A stretch of DNA of 64,000 nt, from positions 191,049,222 to 191,113,221 of the forward strand of contig NC_068981.1 in the NCBI RefSeq assembly GCF_001194135.2, written 5' to 3'. Position 1 is the first letter of the stretch. Each line of letters opens with the position of its first letter. Positions 1 to 12,280 of this stretch are shown here, piece by piece. A model generated the notes under the pieces. It was given only the letters and a program-made list of their open reading frames with translations, did no database searches and was not told the origin of the DNA. A program made the position numbers and the translations under genes. The DNA comes from Octopus bimaculoides. Taxonomy: Eukaryota.

Positions 1-206
1 AAAGTGGGAGTGAGGATGTGGCATATCGTTAATGCACACAAGTTTGAAAAAATTTTGAATTTTAACAAAAACACTAATACTTTAATACTTTTCTCAATTC
101 TTTGTGACAGGACAGAGATAAGACTTCACAGAGCATGTTGTTTCCACTGTTCTGACTGCTTTATTCTCCTTAGGAAGGATTAAAAATATATATACATACA
201 AATGAA

Positions 207-208
<2 letters not shown>

Positions 209-251
<43 letters not shown>
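209..251. repeat. (GT)n microsatellite
   Basis: Pure GT run. Confidence 0.97.
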
Positions 252-258
<7 letters not shown>

Positions 259-2114
259 CTGAATGGCTGTTATGGGTAACATTCTTGCTTAAGGCCATTA
301 TTATCCAGAGAAGCTAAATATAATCACAGGATGTTACCAGACAGTCCTGGGTTAATGTTCAGTGCTAGTTTCCTATCTACTTACATACAGGAATTTCAAA
401 ATTGGTCAAAGATTAGCTTCAACAATCTTTTATCTGTTTCATATAATTGTTTTCTTTTGTGTTTCATTCACCAACATTCTCACTTGTAACAGTAAGAACA
501 AATTTTAATGTCAAATATAAGCTGGAGTTTGAGATTTTCCATCATTGAATTCTACCAGAATGTAGAATAGCATCTCAAACAAAGCAGTCAACTGTTGTAG
601 GTTAACATCTTTGACAATAGCAATCAACCACATTGTTGACATCCTTGTTAAACTAAACAAAAAACTTCAGGAACCTTCCATGCATTAATGTAGAGTCTTG
701 TAACACAAAAACGTATTTTCTCTTTGACTTCTATGTTAACTAGCTTCCATACAACATGGTAAGACTGGCTCCATGCCTGTACCCTAAACTAAAACTACCA
801 CTCTATTCTTATGTTATCATCATTGTTTTAACATCCATTTTTCCATGCTTGCATGGGTCAGGTGGAATTCATTGATGCAGATACACTACAGTCGAATGCC
901 TTTCTTATCACCAACCCTCACCTGTTTCTGACTACAATTAAATGTACGCAAATAACAGCTCTGGCTCTTACTAACAACATACTCAGCTAATCTACTTTCA
1001 CTCTTTGTCACCAACAACCTAAATCAACAACTCACCTTATTATGATGATAAATCATTTCAGTTATTGTTATTATTATTATTTTTTTAGAAGGACACAGTG
1101 ATACAATGCTCAACAAATAATGAAGGCCTAATAGTTGTGTACCAACAATATATTAAATTTAATCATAAGACTTAAACCAGTCATATCTAAGCCCTAATCT
1201 TTCTTATGAGATGTAAAAATGTTGTGAATTATTTTAAAATGATACACTTCACATTATCATAGCTGCATAAATGACATTTCTAGACACAGACAGTGATATT
1301 AGAATTAATATTTCCATCCCCATAACTGAGGGTCAGGAGTCCTCAGATACTAGCATCATTCTCACTGGTTCATTGTGTCTTTATGCTCCCTTTTAGGATC
1401 AGTGGGCCCCACGTCCTCTTTTGACCTGATTTACTGTCAGGATTGACTCTATTAGCCTTCACTCCTTCATAGATATTCACAGACAATGAAGGTTTTCGCA
1501 TGAAGTTGTCCTTCTTCTCATTCGACTGCCAAGCCCAGACTGCTCATCCAGTTATACTGCCTGTGTTGCTGAGGACACAGTAGTACCCTCTCCTGGAGGC
1601 AAGTGGTTAAGTGGTTAGGGTATTTAACTCAAAATCATATTTTCTCTAGTGTAGTCAACTCTGCTACAAGAATTCAGACCATGTCTTCAGTCTGAAGGGA
1701 GTTTCCTTCTTTTCACTCCTGAGTCTTGGAGATTCTGCAAAAGGTCACAAGTATTGTCTTCCTTGGAACAAACCAGTGCTGGATTAACCACTATGCATAA
1801 TATCGACATGCTTAGGGCATCAAGGGAAGGAGGGGGACACCACAGAAATGGTAAATGGTTTATGGTACAAAAGAAATCACTTTAAACTTGCTAAAAGAAT
1901 ATTTGAAGTGGTTTACATGGTTGGAAATATAATTTTGACATGTTCATAGTGTCACAGTGAGGATCTCATCAAAGACTTTGCAATTAAAAAAAGTAGGAGA
2001 AATCTTTTTCAAATGTAAATAAAGTAGAAGTCTACAAAAATAAACATTACTTTCCATCTCGCATAGTTTTGTCTCATTTTGAAAAATAAAAATTTATTTT
2101 ATGGTTTATTATTA

Positions 2115-2705
2115 CTCTTTTACTTTTTTACTTGTTTCAGTCATTTGACTGTGCTCATGCTGGAGCACTGCTTTTAGTTGAGCAAATCGACCCCAGGACT
2201 TATTCTTTGAAAGCCAAGAACTCATTTTATCGGTCTCTTTTTCCAAACCGCTAAGTTACGGGGATGTAAACACACCACCATCGGTTGTTAAGTGATGTTG
2301 GGGGGGACAAACACAGACACACAAACATACACACACACACATATATATATATATATGGGAGCACCAAAATCTATTAAGTACTTAGGGCCTCTATAGGTCT
2401 TAATTTGGACCAGGAACAAACATTTCAAAAAGAACNNNNNNNNNNNNNNNNNNNNNNNNNNNNNNNNNNNNNNNNNNNNNNNNNNNNNNNNNNNNNNNNN
2501 NNNNNNNNNNNNNNNNNNNNNNATATATATACATATATACGATGGGCTTTTTTCAGTTTTCCATCTACCAAATCCACTCACAAGGCTTTGGTCGGCCCGA
2601 GACTATAGTAGAAGACATTTGCCCAAGGTGCCACGCAGTAGGAATGAACACAGAACCATGTGGTTGGTAAGCAAGCTACTTACCACATAGCCACTCCTGC
2701 GCCTA
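2115..2705 (-). mobile_element. tRNA-derived SINE family B (CORE-type, octopus OR2-like), with internal microsatellite and gap
   Basis: Reverse strand has a tRNA-like head (GTGGCTATGTGGTAAG...GGTTCTGTGTTC), the CORE-like motif CACCTTGGGCAAATGTC, a central (AT/GT)n and a 3' part ending GACTGAAACAAGTAAAA. More than 20 similar copies in the window. Family name is from recall. Confidence 0.85.
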
Positions 2706-2719
2706 CTGTTGTTTATATT

Positions 2720-2782
2720 ATTTACATTATTTACGTTTGTAATGTACATAATTCCTCATCTCTTAAATATAGAACTGTATTA
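2720..2782 (+). mobile_element. Mini copy of fold-back element P1 (3' terminus plus short inverted arm)
   Basis: Contains TGTACATAATTCCTCATCTCTTAAATATAGAACTGTA, shared with the 62.1 kb copy and (inverted) the 53.0 kb copy. Flanked by direct repeat TTGTTTATATT at 2709-2719 and 2783-2793. Confidence 0.75.
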
Positions 2783-3256
2783 TTGTTTATATTTTGAATT
2801 ACATATATATATATATATGGGAGCACCAAAATCTATTAAGTACTTAGGGCCTCTATAGGTCTTAATTTGGACCAGGAACAAACATTTCAAAAAGAACCAG
2901 GGCAGCACATCAACGATCATTTAAAGCCATTATCTCTACCACCCAATTTGAACAAACAATAAACTTATATACAGACTGTAAAAGTTACATTATTAACCAC
3001 ACAAGGAACTGAGATTGTTGCAAAGCAAGCAAATCAATTTTGTCTGCTGCAGCCACTGTCAGAGTCTTCAATCATCTGAAAACAGACTGGATTGTAAAAT
3101 AGATAATGTTCCATGCCTGCTACACTGCACCCTACGCATATAACATGCCATGAATGCTAGAATATTACAATGCACTCTGCAGCAGATAGAATATTTCATG
3201 GCTGTGACACTGCATTCTATAGACATACCACTCTATGGTTTATAGCCTACAATATA

Positions 3257-3292
3257 TATATAGCTCTCTCTATCTCTCTCTCTCTCTCTCTC

Positions 3293-3357
<65 letters not shown>

Positions 3358-3425
3358 AATATATGCATATATACATACATATATGTACATACCTACATAT
3401 ATATCTATATACACATGCATATATG
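3257..3425. repeat. Compound (CT)n/(AT)n microsatellite
   Basis: Direct reading. Confidence 0.95.
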
Positions 3426-3429
3426 AGTA

Positions 3430-3722
3430 GAGGACATTTAGAAAATATGAACAAAATGAGAAACAAGAACATAAAAAGCAAAAACATAGAAAACGAACTT
3501 TTTTCCAAACAATGAAAGAAACAAACAGAGAAACGAGACAGGCAACATAAAGAGTATATCCCTTCGTCAGTTGCCCCTGTTTCGAAGGTAGGGAACGTGG
3601 AGTAGATAAAACAGGGGACAACTGATGAAGGGAATGTTCTTTATGTTGCCCGTCTCGTTTCTCTATTTGTTTCTTTCGTTGTTCAAAAAAAAGTTCGTTT
3701 TCTATGTTTTTGTTTTTTATGT
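3430..3722. mobile_element. Fold-back element P3 (about 110-bp inverted arms, asymmetric)
   Basis: Left arm AAAACATAGAAAACGAACTTTTTT...GGCAACATAAAGAG...CCCTTCGTCAGTTGCCCCTGTTT is mirrored by AAACAGGGGACAACTGATGAAGGG...CTTTATGTTGCC...AAAAAAGTTCGTTTTCTATGTTTT around a loop of about 25 nt. Confidence 0.8.
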
Positions 3723-3741
3723 TGGAAAGGGGACGTTAAAA

Positions 3742-3774
<33 letters not shown>

Positions 3775-3777
<3 letters not shown>

Positions 3778-4056
3778 AGGCTGATGCATTGGGCAATATG
3801 ATATGCTTGAGAAGACCCTTTGAGTCAAATAATACCAAAATCGTAGCCAGGCCTGCCCGACTGGCTCCTGTGCCGGTTAGACATAGAAAGCACCCACTAC
3901 ACTCTCAGAGTGGTTGGCGTTAGGAAGGGTGTCCAGCTGTAGAAACATTGCCAGATCAGATTGGAGCCTGGTACAGCCGCTGGCCTTCCAGACCTCAATC
4001 AAACCGTCCGACCCATGTCAGCATGGAAAATAGACGTTAAACAACGACAACAACGA
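3775..4056 (+). mobile_element. RTE-LINE 3' end / family C repeat
   Basis: GGTTGGCGTTAGGAAGGGTGTCCAGC motif and tail CCATGTCAGCATGGAAAATAGACGTTAAAC; same family as the 34.1 kb copy. Confidence 0.8.
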
Positions 4057-4635
4057 TGCCATGTTGCCCAATATAGAAGTAACGGAGTATTGTACCTGTA
4101 AAATGTATTGCAACAGTTGCGGAGTGTCATATCCATAGCTGTAGAATGTAATGTAGAATATGGTTTGACCCACCCACCTCAAAAGTTGATTGAAGTTAGT
4201 AGTCGGAGAAAACAAAAAGGAAAAGTAAAACAGTAAAGACCGTGACATAAAAGCAAGCATAAAATTTGTTGATGTAATCCTTATCCTGTTCTTAGTGGAT
4301 TCACAAATGGTAGTAAACGATGACTGTGACAGTATAATATATTGTTTGATATAAAACACTCCAGACATAGCAGCTTAAATGGATTTGTTGCCTTTAACGT
4401 ACTGTCTGGAAATAAACCTAACAGACACTCACACACACACACAATGGGTATGACATATTTAACTTTCTCCGACTTGTGTTATGAATAATTTTAAAATAAA
4501 TCTTTCTTGAGTGTACTGTACTTAAAACACTGGAAATGTTATGCTGTTGGACACTTTTAGCTTTGACATGGTGTTAAAATCCAAGAAAAAGTCTTAGACT
4601 TTTGGTTAAACTAAAAACTAAATTTGTTCAACATT

Positions 4636-5378
4636 AGGTGTGGCTGTGTGGTAAAAAGTATGCTTCCCAACCGCATGGTTCCAATTTCAGTCCCATTGCA
4701 TGGCACCTTGGGTAAGTGTCTTGCATTGTAGCCTCGGGTTGACCAAAGCCTTATGAGTGGATTTGGTAGATAGAAATTGAAAGAAGCCCTTTGTGTATGT
4801 ATATATATATATACTGTTGTGTCTGGGGAGAGTCATTCTCTTTTGGTGCCTTATAATTTAACACACTCACCGATAAAATTTCCACTTATTTCTTTTTTAA
4901 TTCTTCTAAAATTTTCAACAGTTTTGAGTCAAAACTATTGAAAAGGTTGCAAGACGCAATGAAAATTTTAGAAAAAGAAATAAGTAGAAATTTTACCGGT
5001 GAGTGTATTAAATTATAAGTCACCAAAAGAGAATGACTCTCCCCAGACACAACAGAATATGCTTCAAGACACAAACTCACATAAAGAATCTTGCAAATCA
5101 AATCCAAAAATGAAATATATATATATACATATATATATGTGTGTGTGTGTGTATATATATGTATGCTCATGTGTATGTCTTTGTCCCTTACCATTACTTG
5201 ACAGCCAGTGTTGGTGTGTTTATGTCCCTGTAACTTAGCAGTTTGGCAAAAGAAACTAGTAGGATAAGTACCAGGCTTACAAAAAACTAGGGTTTGATTC
5301 GGTTAACTAAAAGTTCCTCAAAGCAGTGCCCAAGCATGGCTGCAGTCTAATGACTGAAACAAGCAAAAGAATAATTAA
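4636..5378 (+). mobile_element. SINE family B interrupted by a fold-back element
   Basis: Head GGTGTGGCTGTGTGGTAAAA and CORE-like GGCACCTTGGGTAAGTG; the 3' part resumes after about 5115. Confidence 0.8.
4815..5110. mobile_element. Fold-back element P5 (about 83-bp inverted arms)
   Basis: CTGTTGTGTCTGGGGAGAGTCATTCTCTTTTGGTG...ACTTATTTCTTTTT (about 4815-4898) is the near-exact reverse complement of about 4972-5052. The right arm runs about 60 nt further. Confidence 0.85.
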
Positions 5379-5405
5379 GAAATTAAAACAAAAATGGATA
5401 CCAAT

Positions 5406-5456
<51 letters not shown>

Positions 5457-5719
5457 GGGGAAATAATCTGGGTCTCCACTGCACTACTTTAATCCAGTTG
5501 CTTTAGAGAATCAATGGTGCCCAGGTGAAAATATTTATTGCAAACAAATTCTGAAGATTTTGTTAGGAAATCACGTATGGAAATCTAATTCTAACTCAGT
5601 CTCTGGGGAGGATAATTCACTGTGTTGTCCATGTGATACAAATACTAAATCTTTTACAATTTGTCTGGTTAGACTCCAGTGTTTTATTCATAGGAGAAAT
5701 GGATGTGTATGTTCAGTTG

Positions 5720-5855
5720 TATTTGTCATCTTCATCGTCACCATCATCAATATCATTGTCATCAGCTTTATTATCACTATCATCGTCATCGTCATTATCA
5801 TTATCATCATCATTGTCATCATTGTCATCATTGTCACTGTCATCATTATCATTTC
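5720..5855. repeat. Imperfect (CAT/CGT/TAT)n trinucleotide repeat
   Basis: Direct reading; it explains the poly-S/H/I/M ORFs in the track. Confidence 0.9.
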
Positions 5856-6882
5856 ATGTCTGTTTTTATTTTTCATACCTGCATGTGTTGGACGAGACTT
5901 ATTGAGACAGATTTCTTTCTGTTACTAATCCTTGTTTTGCAGCTAAACTGTTTCTATTCCACAAGTCTTCACATATCAGAACCTATAAGGTAGAAGACAT
6001 GATATTTACTGCAAATGTAAATAAGGGTCTCTGTTTGAGCACAAACGGTGACAATATGAAAAACTATGTAGGAGTTTTTTACAAGGTAGGATTTTTTTAC
6101 AAATTTCATTTACACAGCATTGGTTGTTCAGAGGCTTAAGTTGAAGACAGTTGCACAAGATGCCATGGTACGCTGTGGGATTGAAACTGGAGCCATGTGG
6201 TTGCGAAGCAAGCTTTGCAACTACACACACCCATGCACGCAAGTACACATATGCACATCCTTAAATTTACAAACCATATTCAATCAACTCCCTTTGTACA
6301 GCATGATCATAAACAAACATATCTTTATTAAAACAAAGAACGGAGGTTCCTTTTTTTTTTTCGGGGTTTTTTTTTTTTTTTTGAAAAAACACAGGAATTC
6401 ATCTCTGCTCACTTTCTATTATCTAATTGTTGAGAAGTTATCTTTTTATGGCACTTGAGAATTCTTTTATAATTCGATTGTCTACAATAGAATGAATGAT
6501 ATCTTTGTTTCTGTTGCCTTACACAAAAATAACTGCAATTTATCATTTCACTCTCCTTTGATATTAGATAATTTGATAGACATTTCAATGCAAAAATAGA
6601 TTTTTCAATGACCTGGAACTGTACATTAAGACATTCACTAGTTTTTCTAGAAGATTCTTTGGCTACTGTCCCAGTTATAAATCTACAAACTTAACAAGTG
6701 AAAGTAGTTCCGACAATGTGCTTTTTCTTATATCCATGGTACCACAAAGGAAACCATTGAATAGTTTCATGTCAAACTACACAAACTACTGAAAGACATC
6801 AATGCTTTATATATATATATATATATATATNNNNNNNNNNNNNNNNNNNNNNNNNNNNNNNNNNNNNNNNNNNNNNNNNNNN

Positions 6883-6920
<38 letters not shown>

Positions 6921-7200
6921 CATGTACATGTGTATGTTTGTGTATATATCAATGAGCATATGTGTGTGTGTGTATATGCATATGTATTTATGTATATATG
7001 TGTATACAAATATGTATGGATGTATATGGAGTACAACTTGATGTAGGAAATGGTATTTGAATTAGAATAGCTTGTAAGATGTCTAAAAAGGAAAGAAAAA
7101 AAGAGGAAACTATTTTTAATAAATTAGTTCAATGATGAAGAAGAAAGCTTAAATTTGACTGCCTATTGTTTGTTAGTCCTGTTCTTCTCTATTTGAGCAG

Positions 7201-7218
7201 AACTGATAACACACCAAG
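7201..7218 (+). CDS. Candidate 18-nt microexon of an unidentified + strand gene
   Basis: cctgttcttctctatttgagcag|AACTGATAACACACCAAG|gtagac; frame-preserving, open in phases 1 and 2, in unique sequence. Confidence 0.35.
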
Positions 7219-8193
7219 GTAGACAATTGAATGCTAAGGAACTAACCATATATCTTTTCGAGTTCTGTGTCTAGTCTAAGACTTGTAATACATTCTGTCT
7301 GTTGGGAAAGAGATCAATGTCTGGACATGGAATGCTGTGTGTAGGGCGGGGTTTCAATCTTAGCAGCAACAAGAGCATATTGTGCTCTACACCATAATCT
7401 TGTTGTAGCAACCAGAATATATTGTGATGCATAATGATATAGCAGAAAAGACTGTGTTGTAGGATACCTTGTTGTAACAACCAGAGCATATTTTGGGGTA
7501 CCTTGCTGTATCATAAAGAGCATATTGCATATATGTTGTAGTCACTGTTTAGCCCCAGGTCAACTTTTATTTTAAAAGATCCTTGATCAAAAGCTCTCAA
7601 ACCATGGCCCATCCTGTCTTTCTAGAAGGTTCCTAAGGCCACATTATCTAATATATTCTCTCTTATTTATATTGGTTGGGATTTGATTTGAGGAAGGCTT
7701 GGCTTCTATTTTTAGCAGTTTGAGTGATGGCACTGCAGACTCCATCATTGGTTCAAGCCTATTCATGTATGAATTTGTGATTTAGTTGAATTAGCAGTAT
7801 GATAATAACCTATTTAAGTGGTGAATCTAATTGGAAACTAAGATTAAAATATTGAAAACTTATGTATTAAAAACGCAAAAAATTTATAACCCAATAATGG
7901 TATTTTGAATATCTTTCTCCAAATTAGGATATAAAAGAAATTATTTAGTCATTAGAATTATTGATAAGATTGGGGAAGAAATATCAAACAAGTTTATTAT
8001 CATTTAAAGTGTAGTGACTTTTACATATTAATTTAGACAACAATATTAATTAGAATAATCTTTGAACTGATGTCTTTGAATTAAGATTTCTTAAAAAGAA
8101 GAAAGCTGAAATAATAATTTCTAAGACAGACATCACAGTGCTAATTTTTAGATAGGAATGGTGGGAAGAGGTGATTAAACTGACCATGTGTAT

Positions 8194-8535
8194 CAGGGGT
8201 TCCCAAAGTGGGCAGTACTGCCCCGTTGGGGAGCGGTGGAAAGATCCAAGGGGGTTGGAGAAAAGTGGGATGATCATGGGGTGGCCAAAATGAGGTAATA
8301 GATGTAAAAAATATATATATTAATAGGTTAACTACTCTTTTACTTGTTTCAATCATTTGACTGTGGCCATGCTGGAGCACCGCCTTTAATCGAGCAAATC
8401 GACCCCAGGACTTATTCTTTGTAAGCCTAGTACTTATTCTATCGGTCTCTTTTGCCGAACTGCTAAGTTATGGGGATGTAAACACACTAGCATCGGTTGT
8501 CGAGCAATGTTGGGCGGACAAACACAGACACACAA

Positions 8536-8569
<34 letters not shown>

Positions 8570-8886
8570 GTATATACGACGGGCTTCTTTCAGCTTCCAT
8601 CTACCAAATCCACTCACAAGGCTTTGGTCAGCCTGAGGCTATAGTAGAAGACACTTGTCCAAGTTGCCAAGCAAGTGGGACTGAACCTGGAACCATGTGG
8701 TTGGTAAGCAAGCTACTCCTACACAGCCACTCCTACACCTACGCATAAGTTTTATTGATGAAATAGAATAGTTTTGAATTTGCTGCAGAAAGTGGTCTAT
8801 ATTTGTGGTGAGGAGAGTGAGGTGGGTGCTAGGAATGTGGCCTGGTACCAAGGGAGCAGCAGCCTGAAAAAGTTTGGGAACTAATG
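8194..8886. mobile_element. hAT (Charlie-like) MITE with nested SINE B
   Basis: TIRs CAGGGGTTCCCAAA / TTTGGGAACTAATG; flanking 8-mers ATGTGTAT and ATGTACAT (6/8) fit a decayed 8-bp TSD. Confidence 0.65.
8335..8735 (-). mobile_element. SINE family B, near full length
   Basis: Same architecture as 2115-2705, high similarity. Confidence 0.9.
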
Positions 8887-10014
8887 ATGTACATGACTGG
8901 TACCTTTATTGACCTTGGTAGGAATTAGGATTAATACATATATGCAGATGTAACTGTGTGGCCAAAAAGTTTGCTTCCAGTCACATGATTTCAGGTTCAG
9001 TCCTTGCCTTGAGCAAGTGTCTTCTCTTATAGCCCTGGGTCAACCAAAGATGTGTGAGTGAATTTAATTGATGTAACCTGAAAGAAGTCCTTTGTGTATG
9101 TGTTTGTGTCCCTTTGTCTTTAAATCACATGATTGTTGTTAATGAATGTCATACAATTCCAATATCCTGTGGAAACCTGTCTGGTCATGAGTAAATATTA
9201 CCTTATTTGGGAACATGTGGAGGTTGAAGACAGGAAAAGCATTTGGTCATAGAAAATTTGTTCCATCTGACCTGTTTAAGGTTTAGAAAAGTGGATGTTA
9301 AAATGATGATGATGGCTTGAAAGTCATCACTAAATGAACAAGATATTTTGTCTGATGGTCTGCTGGTGAATCTTGAAGTTATAATTAATAATGATTACTG
9401 AGTTAATTAATAGTTGAATACATTTTGTTAAATTTCATTTTTAAAATATTACATTAAGTTTATACGTTTATAAAGTTGAGGTCAGGTGCAAGTCTGCATG
9501 GTTAAAAAGCTTCCTTCTCAACCACATGGCTTAGATTCAGTCTCACTGCACAGCACCTTGGGCAAGTGTTATTTACTACAACCCCAGGCTGACTAATACC
9601 TTGTGAATTTAGTAGGTGAGAACTGTACAGAACCCAGTTTATGTATGTGAGTGCATGTGTGTTATGTTTACGTCTTGCACACTTTGCATGAAAAGGCACT
9701 GAGCTACAAGGGATAAAGTTTGTCATCTCTCGGTCAACAAATAATCGACTGGTTCTGTACTTTCAAAAATGAATGGAGTAAAGTATCCCTGACTTAGAAA
9801 AAAAAAGTAAAGGTTAGCAACAGGGAAGGTACCCTAGTGGGATTTGAACTCAGAATGTAAAGAGCTGGAATGAATATTGCAAAGTATTTTTACTAAAACT
9901 CTTACAATTCTATGAATTTAACCCCTTTAGTTCTTCTAAAAGTAATAGGTAAATTAAATGGCAGTGTTTCAGTGTCAGTGATAACATCACTTTCTCTATC
10001 TCCTTCTCTTTCAG

Positions 10015-10026
10015 GCAGAAGTCCCG
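10015..10026 (+). CDS. Candidate 12-nt microexon (or start of a short terminal exon)
   Basis: Long pyrimidine tract actttctctatctccttctctttcag|GCAGAAGTCCCG|gtataa. Confidence 0.4.
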
Positions 10027-10379
10027 GTATAAAACTTTAGAGTCTGTACTTTCTTGTGGTCATTGAACTTAACAAACTCCCTTCTTATCGGTTGATTGAT
10101 GCCAACACAATCTAGAACTGGTTTCCTAAAATTCCACATATTTCCACATCTAATATTTAAGATAAAATATTTAGGGATTTTTCTTTTCTTTTTTTTTTTT
10201 ATTAATGTTTTAGGCCTAGAAATTTGAGATCAAGTGATACTTGATATTTTTAGATTGATTTATTAACTGTATACAATATTCAAAATTGATAATTTATGTT
10301 AAAAAAACTGGATAAATTTGGAAGTAATTACTGCTTCTATTCTTATCACTATGTATTTCATCAATGCTTNNNNNNNNNN

Positions 10380-10414
<35 letters not shown>

Positions 10415-11349
10415 GTGTAAGTGCATACTTTCTCGAACTTTTATTAAACTGCTTTTGGCTAATACATTTCTTTACTAACATCCTTATGTCTCCCACCTCA
10501 CTTCCTTTATATATTATCCTCTTCAAAATAAATTGAAGAATTCTCTGAAATTTATGTAATTACAATTTTAATCATTCAATACAAAATGTTCAATTAGATA
10601 TATATGCTGCTCTGTGTATATGTATATATATATGTGTGTGTGTATGTGTGTATGTTTGCGTCCACTTATGTATTTGTGTTCAGCTGCATGCTTATAATTC
10701 TTGAAAACTTCAATCTCTGAATGTTAGTAATTAGAGACAAAAATCTACTTGAACCTGTTGATTGACTTCTCGTTCTTACTTTGAAGAATCTTCCTATCTT
10801 TGTTTGGAATCTCTAAACGAAGACAACTTAATGATTAAGGAGGGTTTGTGTGTGCTTCAGTTTTGTTAACAGCTCCATTTTTCTTTTTCTATTCTTTATT
10901 TTTTATGGCAATCAAAACCAATGAAATAATAATCTTAATAAATCTGTGATAAAAATCTCAAAATTTAACTTTGCTTAGAAATATAATTTAAAATTAAATT
11001 AAATTGCAGATTTCCGTTTGTTCATTTATTAGAAAAAATAAAAGTTAGTACTCCTTTATAGAAGTTTACCTTGTATAAGCAGTAGTAGTAGTAGTAGTAA
11101 GAGGAGGTGGAATAATTAACCCTGTATAAGGGACAAGAGAAAACAATGATTGTAATTTTTGTCTTCTCACCTTATTGCTTACCTTCCCAGTATTCACTTC
11201 ATCCTTAACACACTCTGTTCTATTTGCCATCATAATCCTATTATCTCATTTCTTATTTTTCCTTCCATATTTCTTACCCAAAATTGCTTGAGGTTTTTTT
11301 TGTTCTTTATTTTTTGTGTGGGTGTTTCCCTATTAATCTTTATTTGTAG

Positions 11350-11364
11350 GAGGAACAAAGAAAT
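11350..11364 (+). CDS. Candidate 15-nt microexon
   Basis: tttccctattaatctttatttgtag|GAGGAACAAAGAAAT|gtgagt, preceded by about 190 nt of pyrimidine-rich unique sequence; strong donor. Confidence 0.5.
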
Positions 11365-12068
11365 GTGAGTTATGTATTTCCAGTCAATGCGTTAAGGGCA
11401 GAGTATTAGAGTACTAATGTGGTTAAGAAATTCATTTTGCCCTTCATATGGTTTTTGGGTTCACTCCCACTGTGCCACACCTGCAGCATCTTCTAATATA
11501 GCCAAGCATTGGCAATGCATTGTGAATGAATTTGATTGACAGAAATTGTGTGGAAGTCTATCATGTGTGTGTGTGTGTGTGTTGGATTGTTTATGTCCCC
11601 ATAATCCAACAGCTGGTACTGGATTGTTTGTCCCCATAACTTAGTGGTTCAGCAAAAGGATGATGTGTGTTCCCAGAGAATATTACCCTCAGGGTGCTAG
11701 TGTTGGTATATTCGTGAATAAGTCACTAACCGAAATAAGTGGATCTATTGTTTAGGAAAATACTATTTACTTGTTTAATTGCTGTACTGGATAAATTGCG
11801 AAAATAACTCAAACAGTTCAAATACTAAGAAATAAGCATACTCAATTTGATTTATACCAAATAATTTAGGAAAATGAATGGGTTATTTCCCTTGGCTTTT
11901 AAAATAAAATGTATTAGATATCTGCAGGGATCCCTTCCAGGGACCCAATTATCGATTTTTTTTCAACAATCTGAGTATGCCATGCGGTTTCCAGACATGT
12001 GTCAAAATCGATAAAACGATGTAGGAGGAGTTAGCTAACAACTCCACAAACACACCCACAGAATTTTT

Positions 12069-12105
<37 letters not shown>

Positions 12106-12109
<4 letters not shown>

Positions 12110-12280
12110 AGAATTCACAAAAAAAACAACAGATGAAAACAGGTGGTGTAGAAAACAAACAGATGTATTAGTATAACACTCAGGAATTGAAAAAGTCTTT
12201 AACGTTTCGAGCCTATGCTCTTCCACAGAAAGGAACACAGAAAAAAAGGAGAGAAAAAAACGGAGAGAACTATATATATA
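12106..12280 (-). mobile_element. Penelope-like non-autonomous fragment P4 with hammerhead-like fold
   Basis: Reverse strand reads CTTT CTGTGGA A GAGC ATAG GCTC GAAAC GT T AAAG (12197-12232). Confidence 0.6.

Noticed and set aside
2340-2435. Exact 95-bp duplicate of about 2801-2897
   Set aside because: It abuts an N-gap and starts in an (AT)n run shared with the other copy; most likely a mis-join at the gap.
3570-3635. Functional hammerhead in P3
   Set aside because: GAAAC and CTGATGA are only 8-9 nt apart with no NUH triplet or stems I/III.
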